Positions 8,508-16,841 of a DNA stretch of 20,000 nucleotides are shown one piece after another. Position numbers and translations under genes: made by a program. The notes under the pieces are model-generated. The model saw only the letters and a list, made by a program, of their open reading frames with translations. It was not told where the DNA came from and ran no database searches. The stretch lies in IMG/VR virus record IMGVR_UViG_3300001346_000004; one strand, written 5' to 3'. The stretch comes from an uncultured virus (IMG/VR IMGVR_UViG_3300001346_000004). Taxonomy: Duplodnaviria > Heunggongvirae > Uroviricota > Caudoviricetes. Every line of letters begins with the position of its first letter. Positions within the stretch are counted from its first letter, which is position 1.

Positions 8508-8744
8508 ATGAAGAATGAGTTTCAAGTAGGAATATTTGAAGTATTCAAGAATTTACTAAAAGGAAATAGTATAACCTTAGCACTAATATATACAGCAGGA
8601 CATGTTATAATAGCAATGAATGTTGTGTATTGGATGACAGGCGCAAGTCTTTTCGAAGCAGGATTAGTTGCTTTGGTTGAGCCAAGTATCAACGGCGTTT
8701 GGTTTTACATTTTACATAAACTATGGAAAAAATATAACACATGA
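8508..8744 (+). CDS. DUF2061-like small membrane protein
   Basis: LALIYTAGHVIIAMNVVYWMTG...ALVEPSINGVWFYILHKLW pattern. ATG 8508 follows AAGGA (alternative start 8490). Confidence 0.7.
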   Translation: MKNEFQVGIFEVFKNLLKGNSITLALIYTAGHVIIAMNVVYWMTGASLFEAGLVALVEPSINGVWFYILHKLWKKYNT

Positions 8745-10213
8745 TAAGTTGGGGCATAAGTGCCAATAGTCACGATGGTTCATTAGCAGTATTTGATAAT
8801 AACGAATTAGTATTTGCTAGCCATACAGAAAGATTTAGCGGGTTAAAAAATGATCCGCACCTTAATAAACCATTGCTTGATTATGCAAGACAGTGGGGAG
8901 AACCTAACGAAGTGATATGGTATGAGAAGCCATTTAAGAAAACTGTAAGACAACTGTATGCTGGGCAAGGCTGGAACTGGAACGAAAACAATGTTAAAAG
9001 TTATCTAAAACAATTTAACATTAATGCACCCTTAGGTTACAGTAACCACCATGAAAGTCATGCAGCCGCAGGATATTACACTAGCGGATTTAAAGATGCA
9101 ACTGTTATAGTTCTTGACAGTATAGGTGAATGGGAAACTTATACTATCTGGGAAGGTAACGGAGACAAACTTAAGAAAGTATACTCACAAGAATATCCAC
9201 ACAGTGTAGGATTGTGGTATAGTGCAATGACACAGCGAGTAGGATTAAAGCCTAATGAAGATGAATATATTCTAATGGGAATGGCTGCATACGGAGATCA
9301 AAGAGAACACTATCATCATATGCGAGAAACATTCTTTGAACTTGGGCCGCACGATCACTGGACCTTTCCTGATGTAAAATTTAAACACAATTTACATAGA
9401 GGATGTAAATGGTATAGAGAAGGATACAATAAATGGACTGACAAACTTAATATTGCAGCAGCAACGCAAAGCATATACGAAGATATATTCATAGGGATAG
9501 TTGAACATTGCTTTAACAAATATAAAAGTAAAAATTTAGTTGTAATGGGCGGGTGTGCATTAAACTGTAAGGCAAATAGCAAAGCATCTGCATATTATAA
9601 AAATGTATGGATAATGCCTAATCCAGGCGATGCAGGTAGTAGTGTTGGTGCTGTATTAGCACACAAAGGCAAACATATTAAATGGCAAAGTCCTTATTTA
9701 GGATACGACATAAAAGGTGAATATCCTGTAGATAATCTATTTAAAAAACTTAAAAGTACAGGTATGGTAGGTGTTGCAAATGGAAAAGCAGAGTTTGGGC
9801 CTAGAGCATTAGGCAATAGAAGTTTACTTGCAGATCCGAGAGGGCAGGACATGAAGGACAAAGTAAACTCAATAAAGAAAAGACAAAAATATAGACCATT
9901 TGCTCCGGTAATTTTGGCAGAACATGCTGAACAATATTTTTATGGTGATGTAGGACCATACATGCAATTTACATCTAAATGTAGAAAAGCAAAAGACTTT
10001 CCTGCAATTGTACATGTAGACGGAACAAGTAGAGTGCAAACTGTTGGTAAAGATGATAATACAGGTTTACGAGAACTTTTGGAAAGATGGTATGGCAAGA
10101 CTGGATGCCCAATGTTACTTAACACTAGTCTAAATATCAAAGGAAAGCCGATGGTTAATAACGAAAAGGATGCAAAAAAGTTTGCTCATAAGTACGGTGT
10201 GAGTGTATACTAA
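8741..10213 (+). CDS. Carbamoyltransferase, NodU/CmcH family
   Basis: GISANSHDGS, HHESHAA, DSIGE, EYILMGMAAYG, GGCALNC, PGDAGSSVG, EFGPRALGNRSLL, RPFAP, HVDGTSRVQTV, LNTSLN. Confidence 0.95.
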   Translation: MISWGISANSHDGSLAVFDNNELVFASHTERFSGLKNDPHLNKPLLDYARQWGEPNEVIWYEKPFKKTVRQLYAGQGWNWNENNVKSYLKQFNINAPLGYSNHHESHAAAGYYTSGFKDATVIVLDSIGEWETYTIWEGNGDKLKKVYSQEYPHSVGLWYSAMTQRVGLKPNEDEYILMGMAAYGDQREHYHHMRETFFELGPHDHWTFPDVKFKHNLHRGCKWYREGYNKWTDKLNIAAATQSIYEDIFIGIVEHCFNKYKSKNLVVMGGCALNCKANSKASAYYKNVWIMPNPGDAGSSVGAVLAHKGKHIKWQSPYLGYDIKGEYPVDNLFKKLKSTGMVGVANGKAEFGPRALGNRSLLADPRGQDMKDKVNSIKKRQKYRPFAPVILAEHAEQYFYGDVGPYMQFTSKCRKAKDFPAIVHVDGTSRVQTVGKDDNTGLRELLERWYGKTGCPMLLNTSLNIKGKPMVNNEKDAKKFAHKYGVSVY

Positions 10214-10246
10214 TAGAATAATTATGTATGAAGGTAAAGAAAATTA

Positions 10247-11689
10247 ATGGCTGATACTAAAAATTACGATTACGAAGTCCAAAAAGTTTATTTGGAAATG
10301 ATGCTGGCTGACGCAGAAACATTTGTGCGTTGTCAAGGTATCTTTGATCATACACTATTTGACAGAAAATTGCAAGATGCTGCAGAGTTTGTAAATGAAT
10401 ACACAAAGCAGTATAGTGTAATGCCTGACTTTGAAACAGTAAATGCAAGTTGCAGAACTGATTTGAAAGCACCAAAAGAACTTAAAGAAGGACATCTACA
10501 ATGGTTAATGGATGACTTTGAAAGTTTTACAAGGCACAAAGCACTAGAACGTGCAATTATTAATTCAGCAGATTTATTAGAAAAGAATGACTATGGATCA
10601 GTAGAAGCCATGGTTAAAGATGCAGTTCAAATTGGACTGGCACGTGACATGGGTACAGATTACTTTTTAGATCCAAGAGCAAGACTTATGGGACTTAAAG
10701 ATAAGAACGGACAGGTTAGTACTGGTTGGGATACCATGGACAGAAAACTGTTTGGTGGTTTTAACAGAGGCGAACTGAATATTTTTGCAGGTGGATCGGG
10801 TGCAGGTAAAAGTTTATTCTTAGCAAACTTAGGTGTTAACTGGGCACTACAAGGATTGAATGTTGTTTACTTAACACTTGAACTTAGTGAGCAACTTGTA
10901 AGTATGCGTGTGGATAGTATGGTAACAGGTATTACTACAAGAGACATTTTCAAGAACATTGACGATGTTGAAATGAAAGTTAAGATGATTGGTAAGAAGT
11001 CGGGTGCATTACAAGTTAAGTATATGCCTAGTGGTAAAACTACAAACGATATTAGAGCGTATTTAAAAGAGTATGAAATTAAAGTAGGCAAGAAAGTAGA
11101 TGTATTATTAGTAGACTACTTAGACTTGTTGATGCCTGTAGGTAAAAAAATTAGTGCAGAGAACTTGTTTGTTAAAGACAAGTATGTATCAGAAGAACTT
11201 CGTAACCTAGCAATGGAATTACAGTGTGTGTTTGTAACTGCGGCACAGTTGAATAGAGGTGCAGTAGAAGAAGTAGAGTTTGATCACTCGCACATAAGTG
11301 GCGGACTTAGTAAGATTCAAACAGCAGATAATGTAATAGGTATCTTTACAAGTAGAGCAATGCGTGAACGTGGACGTTATCAATTACAACTTATGAAAAC
11401 ACGTTCTAGTAGTGGTGTGGGACAAAAAGTAGATTTAGAATTTAACATTGAGACACTAAGGATTACTGATCTTGATGAGGATGAACAAGAAGCAACGAAC
11501 GGTAACAATAGAGGCAGCAGTAGTATAATAGATAGCATTAAAAGAAAAACAGAAGTACAAAACACCCAAGATCCTACAAATGATGATCCAACACAAGGAG
11601 TATCAGTAGGTAAAATCAGAGGCAAAGTAGAGTCAACAAAATTGCGTGAGATTTTGAATAATATGGGTGATGATGATGAGGAACACTAA
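10247..11689 (+). CDS. dnaB: Replicative DNA helicase (T4 gp41/DnaB family)
   Basis: STGWDTMD, Walker A GGSGAGKS, YLTLEL, Walker B LLVDYLDL, TAAQLNR, MKTRS; acidic C-terminal tail. Confidence 0.93.
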   Translation: MADTKNYDYEVQKVYLEMMLADAETFVRCQGIFDHTLFDRKLQDAAEFVNEYTKQYSVMPDFETVNASCRTDLKAPKELKEGHLQWLMDDFESFTRHKALERAIINSADLLEKNDYGSVEAMVKDAVQIGLARDMGTDYFLDPRARLMGLKDKNGQVSTGWDTMDRKLFGGFNRGELNIFAGGSGAGKSLFLANLGVNWALQGLNVVYLTLELSEQLVSMRVDSMVTGITTRDIFKNIDDVEMKVKMIGKKSGALQVKYMPSGKTTNDIRAYLKEYEIKVGKKVDVLLVDYLDLLMPVGKKISAENLFVKDKYVSEELRNLAMELQCVFVTAAQLNRGAVEEVEFDHSHISGGLSKIQTADNVIGIFTSRAMRERGRYQLQLMKTRSSSGVGQKVDLEFNIETLRITDLDEDEQEATNGNNRGSSSIIDSIKRKTEVQNTQDPTNDDPTQGVSVGKIRGKVESTKLREILNNMGDDDEEH

Positions 11690-11918
11690 AGTTACATTGT
11701 ACCAATGGACCGGAAATAATCATCCAGACGAATACTTTGATATAGATTGGCCGGCTGTACACAAAGAATGTGGTGTAGATCATATAAACTGGCTAAACAG
11801 ACAACCCCATGATAAATGTCAATTAAGTTTAGAATTTTTCCGTGGCGGCAAAAGATTAATAGTAGAATTTTTCAACAAAGAGACAGCAAATAGATATTAC
11901 TTAATGTGGGCTAAATAG
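11667..11918 (+). CDS. Hypothetical protein (start uncertain among tandem ATGs)
   Basis: 83-aa ORF overlapping the helicase end and filling the gap to 11923. Confidence 0.65.
   Translation: MMMMRNTKVTLYQWTGNNHPDEYFDIDWPAVHKECGVDHINWLNRQPHDKCQLSLEFFRGGKRLIVEFFNKETANRYYLMWAK
11912..11917 (+). promoter_or_regulatory. Late promoter TAAATA, leaderless arrangement
   Basis: cTAAATA-gtagt-ATG (11923); no Shine-Dalgarno. Confidence 0.6.
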
Positions 11919-11922
11919 TAGT

Positions 11923-12636
11923 ATGCGCATACAGGACCTACTATTCGAGCAAGCAGATTTCGTTACAGTCAATAGAAGACTGAATCCTAAACTATGGAAA
12001 AATGACACTCTTAAACCTGAGATAAAAGAGCAATTAATTAAAATTGCAAAAGTATTTGAAGAGTTTATTGGTATTGACATAGAAGTAATCAACTATACAA
12101 TTACAGGATCAAATGCAAACTATATGTGGACTGAATACAGTGATTTAGATTTACATATTATTGTAAAAGGACTGCCTGATGAAAAAGAACGTGAATTGTT
12201 CAATGCTAAAAAAGCATTATGGGCAGAAGAACACAACATCACTATCAAAGGTTTACCTGTAGAATGTTATGTACAAGGATCAAAAGAAGAACACCATTCA
12301 ACAGGTGTTTATAGTATAGTTACTGATCAGTGGTTAGAAAAACCTAAAAAAGTAAAACCAGAAGTTGATGACGCGGCAGTAAAGGCTAAGAAGAACAGTA
12401 TTCATCATGATATAGAAACTGCACTTCTAAGTAAAGATATTACTAAACTTAGACAAGTTAAAACAAAGATTACACAGATGCGTAAAGCAGGGCTTGCAAA
12501 AGCAGGTGAATGGTCTGTTGAGAATCTTGTGTTTAAAATTCTTAGAAATTTAGGAATGATAGACAAACTTACACAAGAAATTAGAGATCTTGAAGACCAA
12601 GAATTAAGCCTAGAAACTGCACCAATCTTACAATAA
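11923..12636 (+). CDS. Pol-beta superfamily nucleotidyltransferase
   Basis: ITGSNANYMWTEYSDLDLHII (GS...DxD) and a third carboxylate in PVECYVQ. Confidence 0.82.
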   Translation: MRIQDLLFEQADFVTVNRRLNPKLWKNDTLKPEIKEQLIKIAKVFEEFIGIDIEVINYTITGSNANYMWTEYSDLDLHIIVKGLPDEKERELFNAKKALWAEEHNITIKGLPVECYVQGSKEEHHSTGVYSIVTDQWLEKPKKVKPEVDDAAVKAKKNSIHHDIETALLSKDITKLRQVKTKITQMRKAGLAKAGEWSVENLVFKILRNLGMIDKLTQEIRDLEDQELSLETAPILQ

Positions 12637-12687
12637 TTTTTCCAAAAAACTATTAAATATAATATAATAGAAGGAATATTCGAACGC

Positions 12688-13149
12688 ATGAGATTGCAAA
12701 AGATTAATGTTATAGATCCTTGGATACAAGAGATTATAAAAGACGATCCGGTAAGGGCTGAGATACCTATCGATCATCGAATCAATGAAGACGCTGAAAT
12801 TTACGCATTATGGAATGATACAGAACTAGGTGCTATAACCTGTGTATCATATACTGAAGGCATACCTGGAAGTGTAGAAGAAATGTACAGTCTATCAAGT
12901 CCTTTTATGGATACGGTTGTATTCTATACAATTTGGAGTTACACAAAAGGCTCTGGACGTGAATTAATTATCAATGCATCAAAAAGTATTCTAAAAGAAC
13001 ATCCTACAATTAAAAATATTGTAACACTTAGTCCCAAAACAGAAATGGCTGAAAAGTTTCATATTAGAAACGGTGCATGGTATTTTAGAGAAAACTCCGA
13101 CACAATAAATTACGCATACAAACTAGATGAAAGAATACATACCCTTTAA
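12688..13149 (+). CDS. GNAT-like fold protein
   Basis: YTIWSYTKGSGRELI (motif A-like) and TLSPKTEMAEKFHIRNG (motif B-like); RBS GAAGGA. Confidence 0.55.
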   Translation: MRLQKINVIDPWIQEIIKDDPVRAEIPIDHRINEDAEIYALWNDTELGAITCVSYTEGIPGSVEEMYSLSSPFMDTVVFYTIWSYTKGSGRELIINASKSILKEHPTIKNIVTLSPKTEMAEKFHIRNGAWYFRENSDTINYAYKLDERIHTL

Positions 13150-13333
13150 GGTAGTAGCAATATTATTGTTAAGCCTTGTCGTTAGTTGTTCTAATGGAAT
13201 TAAGAACTGTGACTTTAATCCTGGCGTAAAAATAGAATCCAAAACGCCTTCCGAAAATAAAGACGATGAATCTTTATCCAAAAACTTACCTGTACAAGTA
13301 TCGCCAAAAGGTGAAGTCGCCTGTACTTTTTAG
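13127..13333 (+). CDS. Small putative lipoprotein
   Basis: Hydrophobic signal peptide ending LVVS-C. Confidence 0.6.
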   Translation: MKEYIPFKVVAILLLSLVVSCSNGIKNCDFNPGVKIESKTPSENKDDESLSKNLPVQVSPKGEVACTF

Positions 13334-13362
13334 TTGACTTTCAATAACTTATATTATATAGT
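13334..13362 (+). promoter_or_regulatory. Sigma70-type promoter for the tRNA gene
   Basis: TTGACT (13334-13339), 17 nt, TATAGT (13357-13362); the tRNA starts at 13371. Confidence 0.75.
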
Positions 13363-13370
13363 ATAACTAT

Positions 13371-13447
13371 CTGCTCGTAGCTCAGCCGGATAGAGCACTA
13401 GTTTGCGGAACTAGAGGCCGGTGGTTCGAATCCACCCGAGCAGGCCA
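13371..13447 (+). tRNA. tRNA-Arg, anticodon GCG, encoded CCA
   Basis: Acceptor stem CTGCTCG/CGAGCAG, D arm GCTC/GAGC with A20, anticodon stem CTAGT/ACTAG with loop TT-GCG-GA, T arm GGTGG-TTCGAAT-CCACC, G73, CCA. Confidence 0.95.
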
Positions 13448-13467
13448 AAAACTAACAAAAGGAATGT

Positions 13468-13731
13468 ATGACATCAAAAACAATGTGGACAATAGTAGCA
13501 ACAATAACAATTGCATTTGTAATATTAGTAACTTCAACTAGTGCAAATGAAACAAAAACAATCAACAACAAAGTAAATCAATTTATCGTAGAAGAAAAGA
13601 ACGAAATAGTTGAGTACCAAAAAGAAAATTGGCAAAAGGGTAAAGAACAAATTGCACAAAATAAAAAACAAATTTCTGATTTTTGGATAAAGGCATGGAG
13701 ATTAGTAAGACTCTATACTACTGCTCAATAA
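13468..13731 (+). CDS. Hypothetical protein with N-terminal signal/TM segment and coiled coil
   Basis: RBS AAAAGGA; hydrophobic N-terminus ending TSA-N. Confidence 0.7.
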   Translation: MTSKTMWTIVATITIAFVILVTSTSANETKTINNKVNQFIVEEKNEIVEYQKENWQKGKEQIAQNKKQISDFWIKAWRLVRLYTTAQ

Positions 13732-13739
13732 ATAAGCAT

Positions 13740-14042
13740 ATGATCGGATCAATTATATTTTTTATAGGATTTACTGTAATGACGTTAAACGAAGGGTTCG
13801 TTATAATGCGTCATGTACATCCTTGGTTTGCAAACAAACGTGATGCACTGATTGCTAAACACGGCGCAGCGTGGAAGAAGTTTCATGCTACACTAGACTA
13901 CGTATGGATAGGTGGTGTAACAATAGGTATAGCAGTAGACTATACTAACTGGAAGTTTTACGCAACTGTGTTAGCAATCTTTTGGGGAATAGTTGCAGTA
14001 TTTGTCTACTTACCTTTACTAATTAAAAAACTTAAAAAGTAA
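13740..14042 (+). CDS. Membrane protein (about 3 TM segments); start revised to 13740
   Basis: TAAATA (13729-13734)-agcat-ATG 13740. This start removes the overlap with the previous gene. Confidence 0.72.
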   Translation: MIGSIIFFIGFTVMTLNEGFVIMRHVHPWFANKRDALIAKHGAAWKKFHATLDYVWIGGVTIGIAVDYTNWKFYATVLAIFWGIVAVFVYLPLLIKKLKK

Positions 14043-14068
14043 AGTTAATAGCACTATATAACCTATGC

Positions 14069-14114
14069 TAAACACCGTCTAAGACGCATTTTAAGCGTCA
14101 TACAGCGGTGTTTA
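14069..14114. other. Intergenic extended stem-loop
   Basis: TAAACACCG (14069-14077) pairs with CGGTGTTTA (14106-14114) and encloses GACGC (14083-14087)/GCGTC (14095-14099). Confidence 0.7.
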
Positions 14115-14199
14115 CTATACACTGCACCACAAACACTACAAGCACTAAAACAGACGTTTTACGTTAGGCTTATAGAATATCAAAACAGTTAAATACAGT

Positions 14200-14445
14200 A
14201 TGGATTGGGAAACAATAGGCGATTTTGAATGGCGCCAAGAAGTATGTAGCGAGGACGATTCAGTTTCTCCTCCACGTCCACTTTGGCGTGTGTTTATAAA
14301 AGGTGCTGCTGGAAATGTTTGTGCCGATGACATACTTTGGTGTGTAGGGCGTGAAGATATTTTGAGCACCTACTACTGGGAAATGATAGCAGTACTAGAT
14401 GGACACTATCACTGTTGCTTGTCTGGAAAGACTTTTACTTTTTGA
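14200..14445 (+). CDS. Hypothetical Cys/Trp-rich protein
   Basis: Preceded by TAAATA (14190-14195)-cagt-ATG; converges on ORF 14409..14630. Confidence 0.6.
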   Translation: MDWETIGDFEWRQEVCSEDDSVSPPRPLWRVFIKGAAGNVCADDILWCVGREDILSTYYWEMIAVLDGHYHCCLSGKTFTF

Positions 14446-14630
14446 TACTTCTTTTGTTGATACCACATCAGCCACGGTGAAATGTGTGCAAAGCACATTA
14501 TCAGCCACATAGCAGGCATTTCCCAATTTGCATGATGCAAGTGTCCTTGACTCATCACACTGTATATAAACCCTAATAGGAATGCTGGTGCTGGAGCAAG
14601 GCTAAAAAATACATTGATTTTTCTTATCAT
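14409..14630 (-). CDS. Small membrane protein (2 TM segments, His-rich loop)
   Basis: TAAATA-tatac-ATG on the - strand; two hydrophobic helices flank QGHLHHAN. Confidence 0.7.
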   Translation of the reverse strand: MIRKINVFFSLAPAPAFLLGFIYSVMSQGHLHHANWEMPAMWLIMCFAHISPWLMWYQQKKYQKVKVFPDKQQ

Positions 14631-14649
14631 GTATATATTTATTTAAATA

Positions 14650-14901
14650 CTATCTTTGCAATTTGGCCTTTAACGCAGCTCTTTTCTTTTCAGTTTCGAT
14701 TGCTTGTCTTATTTTTCTACCCCAAGGTAATTTTATTCTATCTACAATTTCTTTACCTTTTTTATTGATATACTCAACGCCTATAAACATATCTTTAAAG
14801 TCGCTTTGTACTGCTTTGACTGCTCTCGTTAAACTTAATTGCTCTGTATCTTTTTCATCACCTGCTTCGTTCCAAAAATGGAACTTTCTCATTTTTGCCA
14901 T
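14650..14901 (-). CDS. Hypothetical basic protein
   Basis: TAATG overlap with the upstream 47-aa gene; AAGGA RBS. Confidence 0.75.
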   Translation of the reverse strand: MAKMRKFHFWNEAGDEKDTEQLSLTRAVKAVQSDFKDMFIGVEYINKKGKEIVDRIKLPWGRKIRQAIETEKKRAALKAKLQR

Positions 14902-15044
14902 TATCTTCCTTGTCCTTTATAAAATTTGTGACTTCGCTTTTTGTGTTTGTTCATACTGCTCATTTTGCATCTTCCTTTAGTACCAGCAGTGCTAGATTTT
15001 TTAGGCGTGCTTTCATGTGCCACAAAGTGCTTGTGTATTTTCAT
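14901..15044 (-). CDS. Small highly basic protein, 47 aa, ending NKHKKRSHKFYKGQGR (absent from the ORF track)
   Basis: MKIHKHFVAHESTPKKSSTAGTKGRCKMSSMNKHKKRSHKFYKGQGR. RBS AAGGA; its stop overlaps the next ATG. The Y(K/R)GQG(K/R) C-terminus resembles peptides I recall from T4-like marine phages. Confidence 0.8.
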   Translation of the reverse strand: MKIHKHFVAHESTPKKSSTAGTKGRCKMSSMNKHKKRSHKFYKGQGR

Positions 15045-15091
15045 AACTATCCTTGGGTTAGGTTGATTTTAGTTATGTGAGTAGTTATCTC

Positions 15092-15316
15092 TTATTGGGG
15101 ATTATTACAGGTATTTGGTGCAAATACGCAGCCTAATGCGTTTGCTATACCTTGGAAGTTTGGAGGACTTGTTTGTAGTGTGCTATCTTCAACAGCGTGT
15201 TCTTGCTGATGAGCTTCTTCTATTTTATCTAGTATGGGTCGTTGACCACAGGCTTGTACACTGAGAAGGACCAGAACTAACATCAATGCTATTGCTAATC
15301 TAATCTCCCAATTCAT
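15092..15316 (-). CDS. Putative lipoprotein
   Basis: Signal peptide ending VQA-C; TAAATA-ccctgt-ATG upstream. Confidence 0.7.
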   Translation of the reverse strand: MNWEIRLAIALMLVLVLLSVQACGQRPILDKIEEAHQQEHAVEDSTLQTSPPNFQGIANALGCVFAPNTCNNPQ

Positions 15317-15325
15317 ACAGGGTAT

Positions 15326-16186
15326 TTAGCGGTTGTTAAAATACTTTTTATATACGCAGTTTGCGAAGTTTTTGTGATGTGTTACACTTGGATGCATGTC
15401 ATTTTCTGCTGTTGGTATACTAGGATCTAGTATTGCTTCACAACTGGTATGATCCACAGGTATCGTATACCATGTTCTAGGATCGGGTATTTCCCATGGC
15501 TCTTGCAGTGTAGGATCAAGGTCTAGTGCTGCACGTTCAAGTTGCTCTATATATGGATCTGTTTCAACACTTAGATGTATAACATTTTTAGTACGTGAAC
15601 GCAAAAAGCCATCAGTCATAATTTGTAGCAATAGACTGTTATGATATCTGTCGTATACTCCTAGTGGATTAAACGTGGTGTTTGTGCTATCGTGTATAAA
15701 CTTGTATAGTTCGTCATCAACTGCACTTACAATATTGCTGCCTCTAGCACTAGCAGTACTTGCACTCAATCCAAACAGTTTGTTGAATCCGGGCCACAGC
15801 ACTGTGCTTAGACTTTTTTTAGCATCTACATAATGATGTAATGGCACTGATGTTCTAGCAGGCCACTGCATGCTGACTCTGCCTAGATAGGTCCACATAA
15901 CAACCACTGTATCATCAGGTTGTACTTGTTGTTGTGCAACTGCACACTGTCTAGCAATCTGCTGAAAGCAACTGCCACGTCGAGCATGATTTACCACAGT
16001 CATGTCAAGAGCATCTCCAAGCACTTGAGGCCAAGCATGCTTGCTGGGTGTGCTTAACATTTCGTCCGACCAATGATTGTCTCTGTCTAGTTCTTGTTGT
16101 TGTTCACTTGTTAGTGGAGGTGCAACTACATCAGGTAGTGCAAAGCCTTGTGTTATACTGCAACCAAATGTGTGTAGTGTACTCAT
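15326..16186 (-). CDS. SGNH/GDSL-hydrolase-like protein
   Basis: TFGCSITQG (block I), NHARRGS (block II), DMHPS..HH (block V). Confidence 0.7.
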   Translation of the reverse strand: MSTLHTFGCSITQGFALPDVVAPPLTSEQQQELDRDNHWSDEMLSTPSKHAWPQVLGDALDMTVVNHARRGSCFQQIARQCAVAQQQVQPDDTVVVMWTYLGRVSMQWPARTSVPLHHYVDAKKSLSTVLWPGFNKLFGLSASTASARGSNIVSAVDDELYKFIHDSTNTTFNPLGVYDRYHNSLLLQIMTDGFLRSRTKNVIHLSVETDPYIEQLERAALDLDPTLQEPWEIPDPRTWYTIPVDHTSCEAILDPSIPTAENDMHPSVTHHKNFANCVYKKYFNNR

Positions 16187-16187
16187 G

Positions 16188-16802
16188 TTATTGTATTCCG
16201 GTTATGTCAAGTTCTTTGGTATCGTCACCTATTGCTCCAATGGGCATGGTGTTAAATGCTATGCTGTATCTATAGTCTGTGTCGCTAGGGTCTACATGGT
16301 GTTTCAGTCTACTGGGAAACAGTATTACGTATCCTTGCTTGATGGGCACTTTGAGTACCTGCCAAGTGTGCGGATTGTTTTCTTGCCATAGTACTGTAGG
16401 CCTAACCATGAATAGATCTTCTGTAAGCAGTGGATTGTGAAAGTTTAATGGAGCACCATCTGTAAGATAAAACACACCACTTACATAACTGTTTGGATGT
16501 GTATGCGTGTGTATTGGTTCCGACTTTCTCAGTGTGTTACCCCAACTGTTGCCTATCTGTACACCTGTGACTGTATGTCCTTGAGTGTGTACATACTCCA
16601 ATGCAAGCAGTTCAAGTTCTGATTTAGTCTGTGCAAATACCGGTGCATCCAGCAAGCGTTGCGACTGTGTGACTGCACCATTAGTGCCAGACTGCTTGTC
16701 AGTTTCTGGTATGCTCTGCAAGTACTCTAGTGCAGCACCTGTGTCCAAATTAACTATAGGGGCTACCCCAATCCATGTGCCAAATATCTGTATCATCTGC
16801 AT
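16188..16802 (-). CDS. 2OG-Fe(II) oxygenase (TIGR02466-like), second paralog
   Basis: HTHPNSYVSGVFYL, ILFPSRLKHHV, RYSIAFN; TAAATA-tagtc-ATG upstream. Confidence 0.88.
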   Translation of the reverse strand: MQMIQIFGTWIGVAPIVNLDTGAALEYLQSIPETDKQSGTNGAVTQSQRLLDAPVFAQTKSELELLALEYVHTQGHTVTGVQIGNSWGNTLRKSEPIHTHTHPNSYVSGVFYLTDGAPLNFHNPLLTEDLFMVRPTVLWQENNPHTWQVLKVPIKQGYVILFPSRLKHHVDPSDTDYRYSIAFNTMPIGAIGDDTKELDITGIQ

Positions 16803-16841
16803 GACTATATTTAACGATGAAGTGCAGGTGCAGGCATAAAA

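Noticed and set aside
10182..10211. Possible sigma70 promoter TTGCTC-18-TATACT before the helicase
   Set aside because: Weak -35 and non-optimal spacing in AT-rich DNA; not distinguishable from chance.
11667..11680. (GAT)n microsatellite
   Set aside because: It simply encodes the acidic DDDEE tail of the helicase and the tandem ATGs of the next gene.
272..12689. Numerous short - strand ORFs in the track (e.g. 272..499, 1163..1417, 7442..7759, 10257..10475, 12405..12689)
   Set aside because: They are shadow ORFs antisense to well-supported + strand genes.
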